64,000 bases of DNA, from contig CAYFNF010000002.1 of the NCBI GenBank assembly GCA_964344485.1, forward strand, positions 176,273 to 240,272. The letters are read 5' to 3'. Source of the DNA: an uncultured Gammaproteobacteria bacterium. Its GTDB lineage: Bacteria; Patescibacteriota; Patescibacteriia; UBA9570; XYC2-FULL-38-9. The notes under the pieces were generated by a model. The model worked only from the letters and a program-made list of their open reading frames with translations. It had not been told where the DNA came from and made no database searches. Positions 10,486-21,036 of this stretch are shown here, piece after piece (the first letter of the stretch is position 1; the number at the start of each line of letters is the position of its first letter). The translations under genes were made by a program, and so were the position numbers.

Positions 10486-11418
10486 CTAATCACTCAGTTT
10501 CCTGATAATAAGCTCTTCATTCAATTTGTCAATATTCACATGCACGGTTGGCTTCAGATCTTTCGACAACTTTAGAGGCCAAAAAAATGTCACGTCTCTG
10601 GTTTCGAGTGATGATATTTCGTCGATGTAAAAACTATCAATAGCTTGTATCTCATTTTCTGGATCGATCATTAAGGCCACCACCTGCGTCTGCCGATACC
10701 CCCAGATCGATTTATTCTTGATAGTGAGGCTTAGTTTAGTTTGAAATGATAAGCTCCCTTCCTCTGAGTTTATAAAATCATACTCAGCGTTTAGATACTC
10801 CCAATTCTCTTCTGGTAATTTATCAGGACGTTGAATGCGTTTCCAAATCACATCGCCCATGACTATGCTCACTGCAGGTGCATCGTCTCCGGAGAAAGCT
10901 AAGTCTGTTTTTGTAATATACCGTTCTTGCAACGGTGCGAGTGTAATCTCCTCTGTACCTGCGGAAATTCCACCGATAAAAACTTCATACTCAATCTTAG
11001 TTGCGCCCCAAATGGTATTTGGATTATAGAGATTTGCAACCACAGAGACACTATCTTCACTATGAATAACTGAGGTAGCAAGACGCTGTTGAATGTCCTG
11101 CGGCGGATTCTTTGCATCATATCGAACAATAGACCCACTCACAATCTGCATGATTTCGTTCGTCTGCTTAATATGCGAGAGCCAATCCACTAACTGAAAT
11201 ACTGCCATGCCAATCATGCACGCAGCTACAACACCAACACAGCTCGTATAGAATATTTTAATGAGTTTTCGGTGTGTGGTTATCCAAAAACCAATCTTAA
11301 ACTTGCTCTCCGAAATATTATTCTGCGATGTCTCCATGTACGTATTGTACCATTGTTGTGGTTTGACTTCAATTATGTTATGATCATAACGCGATAAAAA
11401 AACAAAATTATTAATCAT
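10486..11418 (-). CDS. Hypothetical membrane-anchored protein
   Basis: Long ORF with one N-terminal TM helix (residues ~55-80). No recognisable family. Confidence 0.5.
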   Translation of the reverse strand: MINNFVFLSRYDHNIIEVKPQQWYNTYMETSQNNISESKFKIGFWITTHRKLIKIFYTSCVGVVAACMIGMAVFQLVDWLSHIKQTNEIMQIVSGSIVRYDAKNPPQDIQQRLATSVIHSEDSVSVVANLYNPNTIWGATKIEYEVFIGGISAGTEEITLAPLQERYITKTDLAFSGDDAPAVSIVMGDVIWKRIQRPDKLPEENWEYLNAEYDFINSEEGSLSFQTKLSLTIKNKSIWGYRQTQVVALMIDPENEIQAIDSFYIDEISSLETRDVTFFWPLKLSKDLKPTVHVNIDKLNEELIIRKLSD

Positions 11419-11427
11419 ACATATTAT

Positions 11428-11724
11428 ATGTACGATACAAGCGTCGATGTTATGTACGGAGTGATATCACTCTGCATACTCATTTTTACCGGTTTTTTAG
11501 TATGGATGATGTATTACGTAGTACAAATATTGAAGCAAGGGAACGAAGTTATCACAGAAATCCGTGAAAAAATCGTAGAATTTGAAGAAGCGCTCGCAAG
11601 TATTAAAGAGAAAGTGATTACATCAGCGACCTCGATCTCATTTATTGCATCACAGATTAGTACTGTAGTGGATGCGGTAAAAGCAAAGAAAGCCACACCG
11701 AAGCGTACGAGTAAGAAAAAATAG
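11428..11724 (+). CDS. Small hypothetical membrane protein
   Basis: 98-aa ORF with an N-terminal TM helix and a K-rich C-terminus, followed by a clear intrinsic terminator. Confidence 0.4.
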   Translation: MYDTSVDVMYGVISLCILIFTGFLVWMMYYVVQILKQGNEVITEIREKIVEFEEALASIKEKVITSATSISFIASQISTVVDAVKAKKATPKRTSKKK

Positions 11725-11737
11725 CTCTATAAGAAAA

Positions 11738-11769
11738 CACCGCGTTCGAATGCGCGGTGTTTTTATTTC
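11738..11769 (+). terminator. Rho-independent terminator
   Basis: ACACCGCG-ttcgaatg-CGCGGTGT is a perfect 8-bp stem, followed by TTTTTATTT. Confidence 0.7.
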
Positions 11770-11960
11770 TGAGATTTGTCCTCTTTTATCGCGTCTATGA
11801 TTCGTGAATCCTCTCGAAGATTTTGCCAATATAGCACATGGTCAGAGTTGAGAACCATACTATTCTGCGGTTGGTGCAGCTCCTCTCCAGCATGAATTAA
11901 TGTAAACTGTGTGGATGGCTCTGTTTCTGAATCTGTACTAACCTCAGACCATTCTTGAAT

Positions 11961-12209
11961 CTAATAGACATAATGGAGTTGAAGATAAGAGCGAGAGAGT
12001 GGTTCTAGTTGTCCGATGTAGACCTGCCCGTTCGTTAGGAACACTACTTGATACGTAGTGTCCGGAATCGTCTGTTGAAATTGTCTCTGCTGAAGTATTA
12101 AGATCGCCCCGAATATAATGACCGCACACGCAATAACCGCATACGGTAAAAAAAGAATATCAAATCGGGGTTGCGTGTTTTTCTTTTTTGTGGAACTATT
12201 TCTTCCCAT
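11961..12209 (-). CDS. Small hypothetical membrane protein
   Basis: 82-aa ORF with one TM helix. Weak call. Confidence 0.3.
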   Translation of the reverse strand: MGRNSSTKKKNTQPRFDILFLPYAVIACAVIIFGAILILQQRQFQQTIPDTTYQVVFLTNGQVYIGQLEPLSRSYLQLHYVY

Positions 12210-12253
12210 ACCTTTATAATCAAGTGTAGAAATGATATCATAGTTCTACCATT

Positions 12254-15200
12254 ATGTCATTTGTCCACCTTCATACTCATAGCCATTATTCTCTACTTGA
12301 CGGTGTTCCAAAAATTCCTGAGCTGATCGATAGAGTAAAGCAACTCAAAATGCCGGCAATCGCCTTAACTGACCATGGAAATCTCTATGGTGCTATTGAA
12401 TTTTATCAGCAAGCGAAGAAACGTGGCGTCAAACCGATCATCGGTGTAGAAGCGTATCTGGCTCCGTCTTCGATGCATGAGCGCACACCAAAGGAGCGAC
12501 CGTTCCACATCGTACTACTAGCCGAGAATAATACTGGATATGAAAATCTCATAAAGCTAGTGACCACTTCACACTTAGAAGGATTCTACCAGAAGCCCAG
12601 GATTGATCTGGATCTCCTGCAACAGCATTCAGACGGTCTAATCGCTCTCTCTGCGTGCCTGGCTGGAGAGATCCCACGCACTATACTTACTAAAGGATAT
12701 GAAGATGCAGTGGAGGTCGTAAAAAAATATTTGAATATCTTCGATACAGATCACTTTTATTTAGAGGTACAGCACAAGCCCAGCACTCCTGAACAACAAC
12801 AAGTAAACGACGTATTACTTCAACTGCACAATGACCTGGGAGTAAAATTAGTTGCAACCAATGATACGCATTACATCGACCCGTCAGATAATGAAGCACA
12901 AGACGTGCTGGTCTGCATCCAAACTAAACAGCTGCTCTCTGAAGAGAATCGCCTATCCATGCGTAATGAAGATTACTCATTACGCCCACCGCAAGAGATG
13001 CAAGAACTGTTCAGTGCATATCCTGGAGCAATTCAGAATACTATAGAAATAGCTGAGCGAGTACAGGTTGACCTAGAATTCGGAAAAATACAGATGCCGT
13101 ACTATCATCTACCAGAAGGCGCTACTCCAGAGCAAGAGCTACGAACACTTTGTGAGAATGGATTACAGAAGCGGTATGGGAACATCACTGATGAAGTGCA
13201 GAAACGATTAGAGTATGAGCTAGAGATAATCAATAAAACCGGTTTTGCTTCGTACTTCCTGATTGTGCAAGACTTTATTAATTGGGCGAAAGAGAAGGGA
13301 GTTGCAGTTGGACCTGGGCGTGGTTCAGCAGCTGGTTCCCTGGTGTCTTTCTTAACTAACATCACTGATATCGATCCTATAAAATATCAACTGCTCTTTG
13401 AGCGCTTCTTAAACCCAGAACGCGTCTCTCAACCTGATATTGATACAGACTTTGCGGATATTCGCCGTGATGATGTGTTGCGATACGTTGAAGAGAAGTA
13501 CGGAAAGGATCATGTTGCGCAAATTATCACGTTTGGAACTATGGCAGCACGCGCTGTCGTTCGAGACGTCGGTCGTGTATTAGGTCTATCGTATGGATAT
13601 TGTGATCGCATCGCTAAGCTCATACCGATGTTTACTTCATTGGAACAAGCACTGAAAACCGTTCCAGAGCTATCGGAGATTATTGACAATGACCCAGACG
13701 CAGAACGCCTCATGACTATTGCGAGAAAATTAGAAGGAGTAGTCCGACATACATCAACGCATGCATGTGCAGTGGTAATCACTAAAGATCCACTCACTAC
13801 TACCGTGCCACTGCAATACGTCGACCAGGAAGATAAAACCATAGTCACACAATACTCAATGAATCCTATTGAGTCTCTGGGTCTCTTAAAAATGGATTTT
13901 CTAGGATTAAAGAATCTGACGATTATTGAAAACACATTAGACGTCGTTCAAGCAACAACTAACACTGAAATCAGCATTGAGGACATACCTCTTAATGATA
14001 AAAAAACATACGCGTTATTAAAGCAGGCAAACACTATTGGGGTGTTTCAATTAGAAAGCTCTGGTATGCGCCGCTATCTTAAACAGCTGAAGCCAACGGA
14101 ATTTGAGGACATCATTGCAATGGTTGCTCTATATCGCCCAGGGCCAATGGAATTTATCCCAGAGTACATTCAAGGAAAACACGGGAAACGGACTATTACT
14201 TATCTCGATAAACGGTTAAAACCGATACTGGAAAAAACGTATGGCATTGCGGTCTATCAAGAGCAAGTCGCAGAGATTGCGCGTCAACTCGCGAACTTCT
14301 CTTACGGTGAGGCAGATGTTCTCAGAAAAGCAGTAGGAAAAAAGATTAAATCGCTGTTAGATGAGCAAGGACAAAAATTAATCTCTGGAATGATTCAAAA
14401 CGGGATTTCACAAAGTGTCGCTCAAAAAATCTGGAACTTTATACTACCGTTTGCTCGCTATGGATTCAATCGTTCGCATGCAGCGTGCTATGCCATGATT
14501 GCCTACCGTACGGCGTACTTGAAAGCAAACTACCCTGCTCAGTTTATGGCTGCGTTAATGACATCTGATGACGAGAATACTGATCGAATTGCAATTGAAG
14601 TAAATCACGCTGAGCAGATGGGACTAACTGTGCTCCCGCCAGACATTAATGAAAGTTTTGCAGATTTCTCAGTAGTAAAGGACAGTCTGGAGGAGGAATC
14701 CCCGCGTATCCGTTTTGGATTGCGCGCAGTTAAGAATGTCGGAGATCATATCGTGGACGTCATCATTAAAGAGAGAAAGCAGAACGGTCCATATAAGAGT
14801 ATGGAAGATCTGCTGACTCGAGTGCAGGACAAGGATCTAAATAAGAAATCATTAGAAAGTTTAATCAAATGCGGAGCGTGCGATGCATTCACTGAACGGA
14901 ACACACTGTTAATGAATATAGAATCACTACTACATTTCTCTAAACGAACACAGGAAGAGAAACGCAGCGGACAAGGTAATCTCTTTGGGTCTGTACAAGG
15001 TTTGCAGGCCCCGGCTCTGCGACTAGCGGAAGCGCCGCCAGTCACTGACCAAGAACAACTGTCATGGGAAAAGGAACTGCTAGGCCTCTATATTTCAGGA
15101 CACCCACTTGCTGATTACCGCACAACACTCGAGCGAGACTCAATACCGTTTGAAACACTGAAAAAACATCCGAAAGGACGAGTAGTAACACTCATCGGAA

Positions 15201-15640
15201 TGGTTACTACTATTAAGCGAGTCACTACAAAAAATGGAGAGATGATGCTATTTGCAGGATTTGCGGACCATACGAGCGAAATAGAAGCTCTAGTATTTCC
15301 AAAAGTAGTCCAGCAGTACTCTACGTTCTGGCAAGAGGATGCGTTACTCAAAGTAAGAGGCAAGCTCGACGATAAAGATGGTTCGATTAAAATCCTAGTT
15401 GAAGAAGTCGAGCGCTGGAAGCCCATATCGGAAAAAAAAGTGATTATTACCGTACCTACAGAGATTAAAAAGACAGTCTTTGAAGAGTTTCAACAGTTAC
15501 TCAAAGAATCAGAAGGAGAATACGCTGTTGAATTGCACTCTGATGAAAAACAAATTGACACACGGCAAAAAATTGACCAGCAAACTATTGAAAAAGTAGA
15601 AAAGATCTTTGGACAGCAAAATGTCGATGTGATACACTGA
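12254..15640 (+). CDS. dnaE: DNA polymerase III alpha subunit
   Basis: PHP domain at the N-terminus (HLHTHSHYSLLDG). Conserved polymerase core blocks (GPGRGSAAGSLV, PDIDTDF). Length is 1128 aa. Confidence 0.95.
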   Translation: MSFVHLHTHSHYSLLDGVPKIPELIDRVKQLKMPAIALTDHGNLYGAIEFYQQAKKRGVKPIIGVEAYLAPSSMHERTPKERPFHIVLLAENNTGYENLIKLVTTSHLEGFYQKPRIDLDLLQQHSDGLIALSACLAGEIPRTILTKGYEDAVEVVKKYLNIFDTDHFYLEVQHKPSTPEQQQVNDVLLQLHNDLGVKLVATNDTHYIDPSDNEAQDVLVCIQTKQLLSEENRLSMRNEDYSLRPPQEMQELFSAYPGAIQNTIEIAERVQVDLEFGKIQMPYYHLPEGATPEQELRTLCENGLQKRYGNITDEVQKRLEYELEIINKTGFASYFLIVQDFINWAKEKGVAVGPGRGSAAGSLVSFLTNITDIDPIKYQLLFERFLNPERVSQPDIDTDFADIRRDDVLRYVEEKYGKDHVAQIITFGTMAARAVVRDVGRVLGLSYGYCDRIAKLIPMFTSLEQALKTVPELSEIIDNDPDAERLMTIARKLEGVVRHTSTHACAVVITKDPLTTTVPLQYVDQEDKTIVTQYSMNPIESLGLLKMDFLGLKNLTIIENTLDVVQATTNTEISIEDIPLNDKKTYALLKQANTIGVFQLESSGMRRYLKQLKPTEFEDIIAMVALYRPGPMEFIPEYIQGKHGKRTITYLDKRLKPILEKTYGIAVYQEQVAEIARQLANFSYGEADVLRKAVGKKIKSLLDEQGQKLISGMIQNGISQSVAQKIWNFILPFARYGFNRSHAACYAMIAYRTAYLKANYPAQFMAALMTSDDENTDRIAIEVNHAEQMGLTVLPPDINESFADFSVVKDSLEEESPRIRFGLRAVKNVGDHIVDVIIKERKQNGPYKSMEDLLTRVQDKDLNKKSLESLIKCGACDAFTERNTLLMNIESLLHFSKRTQEEKRSGQGNLFGSVQGLQAPALRLAEAPPVTDQEQLSWEKELLGLYISGHPLADYRTTLERDSIPFETLKKHPKGRVVTLIGMVTTIKRVTTKNGEMMLFAGFADHTSEIEALVFPKVVQQYSTFWQEDALLKVRGKLDDKDGSIKILVEEVERWKPISEKKVIITVPTEIKKTVFEEFQQLLKESEGEYAVELHSDEKQIDTRQKIDQQTIEKVEKIFGQQNVDVIH

Positions 15641-15659
15641 GGTATATTAATTTTTTTTT

Positions 15660-16859
15660 ATGACTAAAACAAAGAAGAAAGACACGCCGCATATCTCTAC
15701 TACAAAAACCAAACGAAAAGCATCTATAGCGAACTCTCGCATTGAGAAGTACTACAACAAAATCGTCATCGGATTCGTTGTGCTCACTTGTATTCTCGTG
15801 TGTGCAATTGTCTACTTTTCTTTTTCAAATACAACTATCACCGTGACCCCAGCACAGATCCAAAGCGATCTCTCATTTGTCACAAGCGTGAGTGAATTGT
15901 CAGCAACGGTCGTATTCACTGATGTTGAAGGAAGCAAAACCATTACTAATATTCAAAGTTCAGAGTCGAAACCAGCAAAAGCAACTGGAACTGTCACTAT
16001 TATCAATAACTACTCTCAAAATCAACCTCTAGTAGAAACCACGCGCTTACTATCAAAAGAAGGAGTGTTATTTAGAACTCAAGAGACTGTTACAGTCCCG
16101 GCCGGAGGGTCGGTCGAAGTCCCGGTCATGGCTGATGAAGAAGGCGCAAAAGGTAATATCGATGCATCTACGTTCGAGATTGTTGCGCTCTGGGACGGAC
16201 TCAAGGACGATATCTATGCTGAAAGCGATTCCGCAATGACCGGCGGGCTAGTTAATGTCGGCGTCGTCAGTCAAACAGACATTGCTAATGCTCAAGAAGA
16301 ACTGGAAAACGATCTGACCACCCAAGCTCTGGAAACACTTAACCAGGAGATACAGGATACCGAAGGTCTACCAGCTGAACCGTATATCCCAACAAATGCA
16401 TACCGTATTACCTCTGTCACAGAAGAATCATCGGTTCAAGGCGGTGAAGAGGTCGATAACTTTGAAGTACATGCAACTATGACAGTCGCAGCAGTCGTGG
16501 TCAACAAACCGGATTTCATTACATAGATCCAAACAAAAAGCGACGAGGCAATCCCAGAAGGCATCGCAGCAAAAAGCGCAATCGTGTTAAGCGAAGTACA
16601 AGGCACTGTCGGTGAATTGGAGCTCGACAATACCGAAGCAGAAGTCACGTTCTCTATCACCATACCAACAATTATTGACGAGGAGAATGAAGTATTGAAC
16701 GCTGAGTCGCTCACCAATATGTCAGCGCAAGAAGTGGATGCCTATCTCACTGCATTTGATGAAATCCAGGCAATACAAGTAGAGTTCTCTCCATTTTGGG
16801 TCACACGCACACCGAGCTTATCAAAGAATATCACTGTTGATATTGCGCGCACGCAGTAA
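15660..16859 (+). pseudogene. Hypothetical membrane-anchored protein interrupted by one in-frame TAG (16524..16526). Either a pseudogene or a read-through/recoding candidate.
   Basis: ORFs 15660..16526 and 16584..16859 are in the same frame. Translation continues directly after the TAG (…KPDFIT*IQTKSDEAIPEG…) with similar composition. Confidence 0.5.
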
Positions 16860-16861
16860 TC

Positions 16862-17113
16862 TTGACAAAGTTCATATACCGATTACACTGTAACTACAGA
16901 ACGCATTCCTAGTGATGCCCTTACAGAGAACAAGAGGCGTAGGCTGAGACCTCTTCAAGGTAGTACACTAGTAATACCATCTGGTCCATGCACAGTATGC
17001 TGGAACAATAGAACACGGTTTCAATAAGCGCTCATCAGTAATGATGAGAAATTGGGTGGAACCGCCCTTCAGGGTCCCAATACAGGGGCTTTTTATGTAT
17101 AAATAAGTAATAA
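16862..17113 (+). promoter_or_regulatory. T-box riboswitch leader (tRNA-Thr sensing) with an upstream promoter
   Basis: At 17049..17066, AAATTGGGTGGAACCGCC matches the T-box consensus AATTAGGGTGGNACCGCG. It is immediately preceded by a stem III-like hairpin, CTCATCA-gtaa-TGATGAG (17032..17049). A candidate promoter TTGACA-16 nt-TACACT lies at 16862..16889. A GGGGCTTTTT tract follows just before the thrS ATG. ACC triplets are present in the Stem I region (e.g. the ATACCA context near 16975). Confidence 0.6.
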
Positions 17114-18886
17114 ATGTATCATATGGCAGATGAACAGTTAGAAAAAATACGCCACTCTATATCTCACTTGATGAGTATGGCAGTGCAAGAGCTCTATCGG
17201 GATGTCGGATTAGGAGTCGGGCCAGTAATCGAGGATGGTTTTTATCAAGACTACGGCCTTCCCGAAAGCATCTCGGAAGATCTCTTTCCAAAGTTGGAAA
17301 AGCGCATAAAAGAGATGATCGCGCAAGAGATTGACTTTGTTCAGCATGATATTCTTGCTGATAAAGCATTAGATGAGTATAAAGATGATCCGTACAAGAC
17401 CGAGTTGATCAAGGAATTACAGTCGCAAGGGAAACGTAAAGTCAGCTTTTATAAGTCAGATTGGTTTGAGAATCTCTGTAGCGGTCCGCACGTTGAAAAT
17501 ACTCGTGAAATAGACCCAGAAGCATTTGCATTAACAAAAGTTGCTGGCGCATATTGGAAAGGTGATGAGAACAGAGATATGCTCACGCGTATCTATGGTG
17601 TGGCATTTCACAACAAAAAAGAGTTAGATGAATACTTTGAACGACTGGAGCAAGCCAAGAAGAGGGATCATAGAAAGCTTGGTAAGGATCTCGACCTGTT
17701 TACGTTTTCCGAGGTAGTCGGAAAAGGCCTACCGATGTTCACAGAGCGAGGTGCAACCATACGTCGTGAATTAGAACGCGCTATTACTGACGAAGAGATT
17801 CGTCGAGGATACAAACATGTCTGCACGCCGGATCTTGCAAATGTGGACCTGTATCGTAAGTCAGGACATTACCCGTACTACAAAGACAGTATGTATGCAC
17901 CCATAACAGTGGATGATGAAGAGATTATCCTACGACCAATGTCGTGCCCACATCACTTCATGATGTTTGACGATCGTCCTCGAAGTTATCGCGAGCTTCC
18001 ACTGCGCATTGCAGAATTAGCAAAACTCTATCGATATGAAAAATCCGGCGAGCTCTCTGGCTTAATGCGTGTACGTGGATTCTGCTTGGCAGATTCTCAC
18101 ATATTCTGTACTGAGGATCAGGTTAAAGACGAAGTCAAGGGAGTGATAGACCTGATTGAGTACTTCGCCACTGTCTTTGGCTTAGAGCGAGGGAAAGACT
18201 ATACGTACCGCCTCTCGCTTGGAGATCGCGACAACGAAGAGAAGTACTACAAAAACGACAAGATGTGGGATATAAGCGAGGAGGCGTTACGACAAGCATT
18301 ACAAGAGATCGACGCACCGTACTATGAAGCTGAACATGAAGCAGCGTTTTACGGGCCGAAGATCGATATTCAGATGAAGAACGTTCTCGGCAAAGAAGAG
18401 ACGGCATTTACTGTTCAGTACGACTTCTGCTTGCCTGAACGGTTTGGTGTAACGTACGTTGATGACAAAGGAAAAGAACGTCAACCAGTTGTCGTACATC
18501 GTTCATCCATTGGCGCAATTGAGCGAACTATTGCTTTCTTAATTGAATTCTATGCAGGAGAATTTCCACTCTGGCTCTCCCCTGCTCACGTTGCCGTATT
18601 ATCAGTTGGAGCTGATCATAAAGAGTATTGTTCAGAGTTATCGAAACGATTTATGGAAAATGGATTGCGTGTTGACTTGGATATCTCGAATGAGACTGTG
18701 GGAAACAAGATTAGAAAAGCATCGAAGTTAAAGACTCCGTATATCTTAGTGATTGGAGACAAGGAGATGGACTCTGATAACCTAATGGTACGAAAGCGGG
18801 GTGAAAAGGAAGTTGTAGAGATTGCTGAAGCAGAGTTTATTAAGCAGGCACAACAGATTATTTCAGAAAAATCACTGGAGTTGTAA
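17114..18886 (+). CDS. thrS: Threonyl-tRNA synthetase (short form lacking the N-terminal TGS region)
   Basis: Class II aaRS core motifs and ThrRS-specific blocks (HRKLGKDLDLF, FTERGATIRRELE, the CPHH zinc site), plus a C-terminal anticodon-binding domain. Confidence 0.9.
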   Translation: MYHMADEQLEKIRHSISHLMSMAVQELYRDVGLGVGPVIEDGFYQDYGLPESISEDLFPKLEKRIKEMIAQEIDFVQHDILADKALDEYKDDPYKTELIKELQSQGKRKVSFYKSDWFENLCSGPHVENTREIDPEAFALTKVAGAYWKGDENRDMLTRIYGVAFHNKKELDEYFERLEQAKKRDHRKLGKDLDLFTFSEVVGKGLPMFTERGATIRRELERAITDEEIRRGYKHVCTPDLANVDLYRKSGHYPYYKDSMYAPITVDDEEIILRPMSCPHHFMMFDDRPRSYRELPLRIAELAKLYRYEKSGELSGLMRVRGFCLADSHIFCTEDQVKDEVKGVIDLIEYFATVFGLERGKDYTYRLSLGDRDNEEKYYKNDKMWDISEEALRQALQEIDAPYYEAEHEAAFYGPKIDIQMKNVLGKEETAFTVQYDFCLPERFGVTYVDDKGKERQPVVVHRSSIGAIERTIAFLIEFYAGEFPLWLSPAHVAVLSVGADHKEYCSELSKRFMENGLRVDLDISNETVGNKIRKASKLKTPYILVIGDKEMDSDNLMVRKRGEKEVVEIAEAEFIKQAQQIISEKSLEL

Positions 18887-18945
18887 CTTGACTTTTTACA
18901 ACTTTTATGATATTCTTTAGTGGTTAATAATTCATAGCATAAAAT

Positions 18946-19707
18946 ATGCGAAGCGATCTACCACAACGACTGCGCGCTCATGAGCTCGCAGCAATTCCAG
19001 GACATACTGGACTTAACAGAACCAAGATAATTGATGGTGCGCGATATTTTGTGATTGAAGCTATTGGAAATGAAATTGTAGGGCCACGAGGAAGTCAGTG
19101 CGGCAGCACTGCACTGCCAGTTGTTGGCTTATATCGTGTTGATGAAACGACTGCACGAGACTTAATTGAAGACCCTGTAACTGGGGAAATGCGCAGAAAG
19201 AGAACTCATGAGTTAGATGTAGAGTTAGTTCCAGAAGCGGAATTCACTGCGTTAAAAGAACATATTGAGGGTAGTCGCCAAACATCTGAGTCAAGACCAG
19301 ATAGCGCAGTAGGACGTAGAATTGGCGGAAGAAGGCGTACGGGTGCCGCTCATGCTCAAGAAGATGGAATGATTGACCATTTGGACCGCAAACGAGGTGC
19401 AGGACGCGCAGACAGAATTCTACTCGATTATGAACAATCAATTCCGGATGGGCCGCTTGATAAGTTGCCTGGTAGAGAGCCTGCTCAAGGCCCAATTGCA
19501 TGGGACCGTGAATTGGATGGCGGAGTTAAAGAGCGACGACGAGGTGGGGTCATTAGAAGACGACCACCGAAAGAAGCAGCTGCAGCACTTGATGAATCTG
19601 ATGATGCAACCGTTACAGAATTACCCGTCCCAGACGAAGAACCAGAGGTACGACCGGACGATAATAGACCACAAGACATTCCTCGACCAAGACGACAAGC
19701 TCGATAA
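18946..19707 (+). CDS. Hypothetical Arg/Asp/Glu-rich protein
   Basis: 253-aa ORF with locally elevated GC (about 50%). No recognisable domain. Confidence 0.4.
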   Translation: MRSDLPQRLRAHELAAIPGHTGLNRTKIIDGARYFVIEAIGNEIVGPRGSQCGSTALPVVGLYRVDETTARDLIEDPVTGEMRRKRTHELDVELVPEAEFTALKEHIEGSRQTSESRPDSAVGRRIGGRRRTGAAHAQEDGMIDHLDRKRGAGRADRILLDYEQSIPDGPLDKLPGREPAQGPIAWDRELDGGVKERRRGGVIRRRPPKEAAAALDESDDATVTELPVPDEEPEVRPDDNRPQDIPRPRRQAR

Positions 19708-19755
19708 TATATACACATTGCAAATCACTCTTCAGTTTGGTAGGATAAGCCAGAC

Positions 19756-21036
19756 ATGAAGTATTTTATTGTTTCATTAGGGTGTGCCACAAATAAGTCT
19801 GATGCAGAACGTATTGCAGCTGTGTTGGATTCTATTGGATATACCCCGGCGGAATCCGAGCAGGACGCAGATCTTCTTGGGTTAGTTGCGTGTTCTATTC
19901 GTCAGTCGGCCATTGACCGAGTAATCGGCCGCGCCAAGCATTGGAACGAATGGAAGCAAGAGAAGAAGTTAATCACTTTTGTTTCTGGATGCGTACTCCC
20001 GGATGATAAAAAGCGTTTTACTAAGTCATTTGACTTTGTCATTGAACTAGAGAAAATACTTGAACTTCCTCAATTACTGCAACAGTACGGTATCGGCACT
20101 CCAAAAGAGTTTTGGGATATTGAACCACATCGAGACTCCTCGTTTCGAGCGTTTGTCCCGATTCAAAACGGATGCAATAACTTCTGCACGTATTGTGCTG
20201 TACCGTATACGCGTGGACGTGAGGTATCACGCCCATCTGAAAGTATCTATAAGGAAATCCAAACACTTCTAGATAAAGGGTATAAACAAATCACCATTCT
20301 TGGACAAAATGTTAATTCATACGGTTTAGACGTACCAGAAAAAGAACCCACATTTGCCGAACTGCTGCGAACTATTGGACAAATGGCAGATACTTCGTCT
20401 CAGCAGGTTCGAGTGTACTACACGAGCCCTCATCCAAAAGATATGAACAAAGAGGTCTATGAAGTACAGTCAGAATATGAATCTCTTGCCCCGTACTTAA
20501 ACTTGCCCCTGCAATCAGGAAATACCCAAGTACTCAAGCGCATGAACAGACGCTATACTGTCGAAGAGTTCATGAGTAAATTATCTTTAGCACGTGAAAT
20601 CATTCCAGATATCACTGTCTCTACAGATATTATCGTTGGTTTTTGCGGAGAAACTGATGAGCAATTTCAAGATACGGTTGATGTGATGGAGAAAGCAGCG
20701 TTTGATATGGCATACATTGCGCAGTACTCCCCTCGCCCGAACGCGGTTGCAAATGAACGTTTCAAGGATGATGTTCCAAAAGACGAAAAAAAGAAACGCG
20801 ATCAGCACGCAACTGAAGTGCTGAAAAAAACTGCACTTGCATCTAATGACAAGCTCGTCAAAACTACACAGCAGGTTCTTGTTGAATCTCAAAGCCGCAA
20901 ACAAGGAAAACTTGTAGGTAGAACCCAAGGATTGAAATCCGTAGAGTTCTTTGGGGACCCTTCCTTAATTGGAGAATATGTAAACGTTAAGATCACTGGA
21001 TGTGATCCGTGGCGATTATTCGCGGAACAGATTTAA
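19756..21036 (+). CDS. Radical-SAM methylthiotransferase (MiaB/RimO/MtaB family)
   Basis: UPF0004 N-domain, radical-SAM CNNFCTYCAVP motif and a C-terminal TRAM-like region. Confidence 0.85.
   Translation: MKYFIVSLGCATNKSDAERIAAVLDSIGYTPAESEQDADLLGLVACSIRQSAIDRVIGRAKHWNEWKQEKKLITFVSGCVLPDDKKRFTKSFDFVIELEKILELPQLLQQYGIGTPKEFWDIEPHRDSSFRAFVPIQNGCNNFCTYCAVPYTRGREVSRPSESIYKEIQTLLDKGYKQITILGQNVNSYGLDVPEKEPTFAELLRTIGQMADTSSQQVRVYYTSPHPKDMNKEVYEVQSEYESLAPYLNLPLQSGNTQVLKRMNRRYTVEEFMSKLSLAREIIPDITVSTDIIVGFCGETDEQFQDTVDVMEKAAFDMAYIAQYSPRPNAVANERFKDDVPKDEKKKRDQHATEVLKKTALASNDKLVKTTQQVLVESQSRKQGKLVGRTQGLKSVEFFGDPSLIGEYVNVKITGCDPWRLFAEQI

Noticed and set aside
19373-19759. 128-aa ORF overlapping the 3' half of 18946..19707 in another frame
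   Set aside because: It is nested entirely within a longer ORF of consistent composition. It has no independent start signals.
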